A stretch of 63,857 nucleotides of DNA, the filler included, from Octopus bimaculoides (Eukaryota), in assembly GCF_001194135.2 (NCBI RefSeq). It is 10 parts of 9 records of this genome, joined end to end, with 100 filler letters (N's around TTAATTAATTAA, not from the genome) between each part and the next. Parts side by side here need not be neighbours in the genome. Positions count along the whole stretch, not along the records: positions 61,493 to 62,698 come from NW_026433520.1; positions 62,799 to 63,857 come from NW_026349021.1; 8 more parts are not named here. The stretch is one strand, 5' to 3'. Each line of letters starts with the position of its first letter. Within the stretch, counting starts at the first letter, position 1. Under the pieces are notes generated by a model, which searched no databases, had not been told where the DNA came from, and was given only the letters and a program-made list of their open reading frames with translations. Made by a program: the position numbers and the translations under genes. Of this stretch, positions 61,771 to 63,857 are shown one piece after another.

Positions 61771-63079
61771 GGGGAGAGAGAGACCAACAGATTAAGTACC
61801 TGGCTTAGAAAAAAAAAAGTCCTGGGGTCAATTCATTCAACTAAGAAATTCTCCAAAGTGGTGCCTCAGCATGGCCACTGTTTTTCTTAAAAGAAAAAAA
61901 GGTGAAAAGATGTGTGTGTGTATGATGAATGAGTAAAAGCAAGAAATTTTTTATTAGTGTAATGGTGAAAAGGAAAGGTAAAGGACTATGACGTTCTGGG
62001 TGTTAGTCCGTCATGTAAAAACAAAAAGAAGGAAAGGTAATGAAGAAGAAAACAGAAAAAAGTCAAGCTGGGTGGGGATGGGATCTTTTGGGGAAAAGTA
62101 AAGTGAGAGGAAGAAGTTGGTTATTATATGCATGTATATGAAGGTGTCCTATAAGGTGATGGGCATAGCAAGAAGTGTGTGAGCATGTGCAATGTAGGGT
62201 GCAGGTGGTTAGCTAGGGGTGAGTGGAGTAATGAAAGAGTTGTATGGTTATGTGACATGTGTGAAAAAGAAGTGTGGAAGAAACAGTGTGAGAAAAAAAT
62301 ATAGTATAAAAACAGGCACAGAACATATTGGTAGTCACTTGAGTCTGAGAAAGATGGTTATGCAATTTCTTGCTGAACAACCTATATAGATTGTTTGTGC
62401 TACACATAAGCTCACTCCTGCCTTCAAATTGATGTTGCCTGAACAAGTACACAATGTGCTGCATGCGAAATGTCAAAGTGATTGCAGAGGAACATCAGAT
62501 GCAATGTCTTGCTGAGGAACAAAAGCACTGCCTGGTCTTGGAATCAAAGTTGTTATCTTGTAATTGTGAGTGCTCCACCAGGCTACATACCTTCACATGA
62601 AAGAACATGTTAGATAAGAAGGATTATGCAAAAAGAAAGTGACAATTATAAAAAGGATTTTTAAAAATTAAAAAAAAAGGATTGTATATAAAAAAAAANN
62701 NNNNNNNNNNNNNNNNNNNNNNNNNNNNNNNNNNNNNNNNNNTTAATTAATTAANNNNNNNNNNNNNNNNNNNNNNNNNNNNNNNNNNNNNNNNNNNNTA
62801 TATATATATATATATATATGCATAAATGGGTACAGGATGTCACAAAACATAAACAACATGAAATGCGAAGACAAACTTGGGTATGCAAACAAAGAGAGAA
62901 ACAAATGGAAAATAAGACAAGTAACATAAAGAACAACCCTTTATCAGTTGTCGGCTGTTCATCTACTCCTCATTTCAAGCAATTAACAACAATATGAGGC
63001 TTAGAAAGGCAGTTGCTCCTGTGAACCAAAATAAAATTTGGGATTTGTGGAGGGTGAAAGTTGGTAACAAAAACAGGAC

Positions 63080-63785
63080 ATTGGAGACATACAACAAACC
63101 AAACAAAAACAAACATGGAGGGCTGTTAGGCCAGATGAGGTAAGGTAGCAAACACTGGAGGAATATTGTCTTTGACAAGAGAACAGATAGACAAGGAGAC
63201 AGATAAGAATGCATCTGGTCTCTACGAAGGAAAAGAAAGATGATCACTTGAGGAAAAGATAGATGAACGATGGTCATGCGTGAGTAACGAGAGTAAAGGA
63301 GAAATAGGGAGAGAGAGAGAGAGACAGAGAGACAGAGACAGAGAGACAGAGACAGAGAGACAGAGACAGATGGAAAATGGTGAAGGGGAGAAAAAAGAAT
63401 TAGAGTAAGGATGAAAGAAAAATGAAAGGGGGAGAAGGAGAGAAGAATTAGAGAAAGGAAGAGAGAAAACGAAAGGGGGAGTGAGAGAACTGTACAGGGT
63501 AGAATCACATCAAAATTATTAAGATATACTTACTTGGAAATGGATGCGTGGTGTTCAATCATATAATAATGTAAAAAAAAATATGTATATATATGCATAT
63601 ATGACATACAACAAACCAAACAAAAACAAACATGGAGGGCCATTAAGCCAGACAAGGTAAAGTAGTAAATGGTGGAGGAATATTGTCTTTGACAAGACAA
63701 AAGATAGAAGAGGAGATAGATAAGAATGCATCTGGTCTATACGACAGACTGAAAGAAAAGAAAAATTATCACATGAGGACAAGAA
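63080..63785. repeat. ~170-bp direct repeat pair, ~515 bp apart
   Basis: gacatacaacaaaccaaacaaaaacaaacatggaggg...ggaggaatattgtctttgacaaga...gataagaatgcatctggtct at ~63086 and ~63602. Confidence 0.85.
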
Positions 63786-63826
63786 AGATGGATGTCTTCG
63801 TCTTTTATTTTTTTTGTAAATTCCAG

Positions 63827-63857
<31 letters not shown>

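Noticed and set aside
1-63857. Dozens of ORFs of type IYIYIY, HTHTHT, CVCV, LSIY, poly-L/S/V, or running through X
   Set aside because: They are translations of microsatellites and N gaps, not genes.
1-63857. CRISPR arrays, operons or prokaryotic systems
   Set aside because: No regularly spaced repeat-spacer arrays or dense prokaryotic ORFs; all content is eukaryotic.

Overview
AT-rich, microsatellite-dense animal genomic DNA. The SINE/LINE content points to a cephalopod, probably Octopus (inference). The window is not one locus: nine identical 100-nt spacers (44 N + TTAATTAATTAA + 44 N) join ten unrelated scaffolds (1-9841, 9942-16107, 16208-19324, 19425-25866, 25967-37955, 38056-45541, 45642-48643, 48744-61392, 61493-62698, 62799-63857). 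Host genes: two minus-strand coding exons of a PMP22/EMP/claudin-superfamily membrane protein (scaffold 1), the 5' end of an unidentified minus-strand gene (scaffold 8), one candidate plus-strand exon, and a tRNA-Asn(GTT) copy with a mutated T-loop. The rest is mostly decayed mobile DNA: at least four tRNA-derived SINE families, RTE, R4/Dong-like and CR1-like LINEs, a Penelope-like RT, Tc1/mariner remnants and MITEs, hAT-Charlie-like ends and three Helitron derivatives. The most interesting signal is a set of four type-I hammerhead-ribozyme motifs in short non-coding units beside microsatellites. One sits in a ~140-bp-arm inverted repeat in a probable intron: the copy antisense to the host gene has an intact core, while the sense copy carries the inactivating G5A change. 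Most ORFs in the supplied track are microsatellite or N-gap artefacts.
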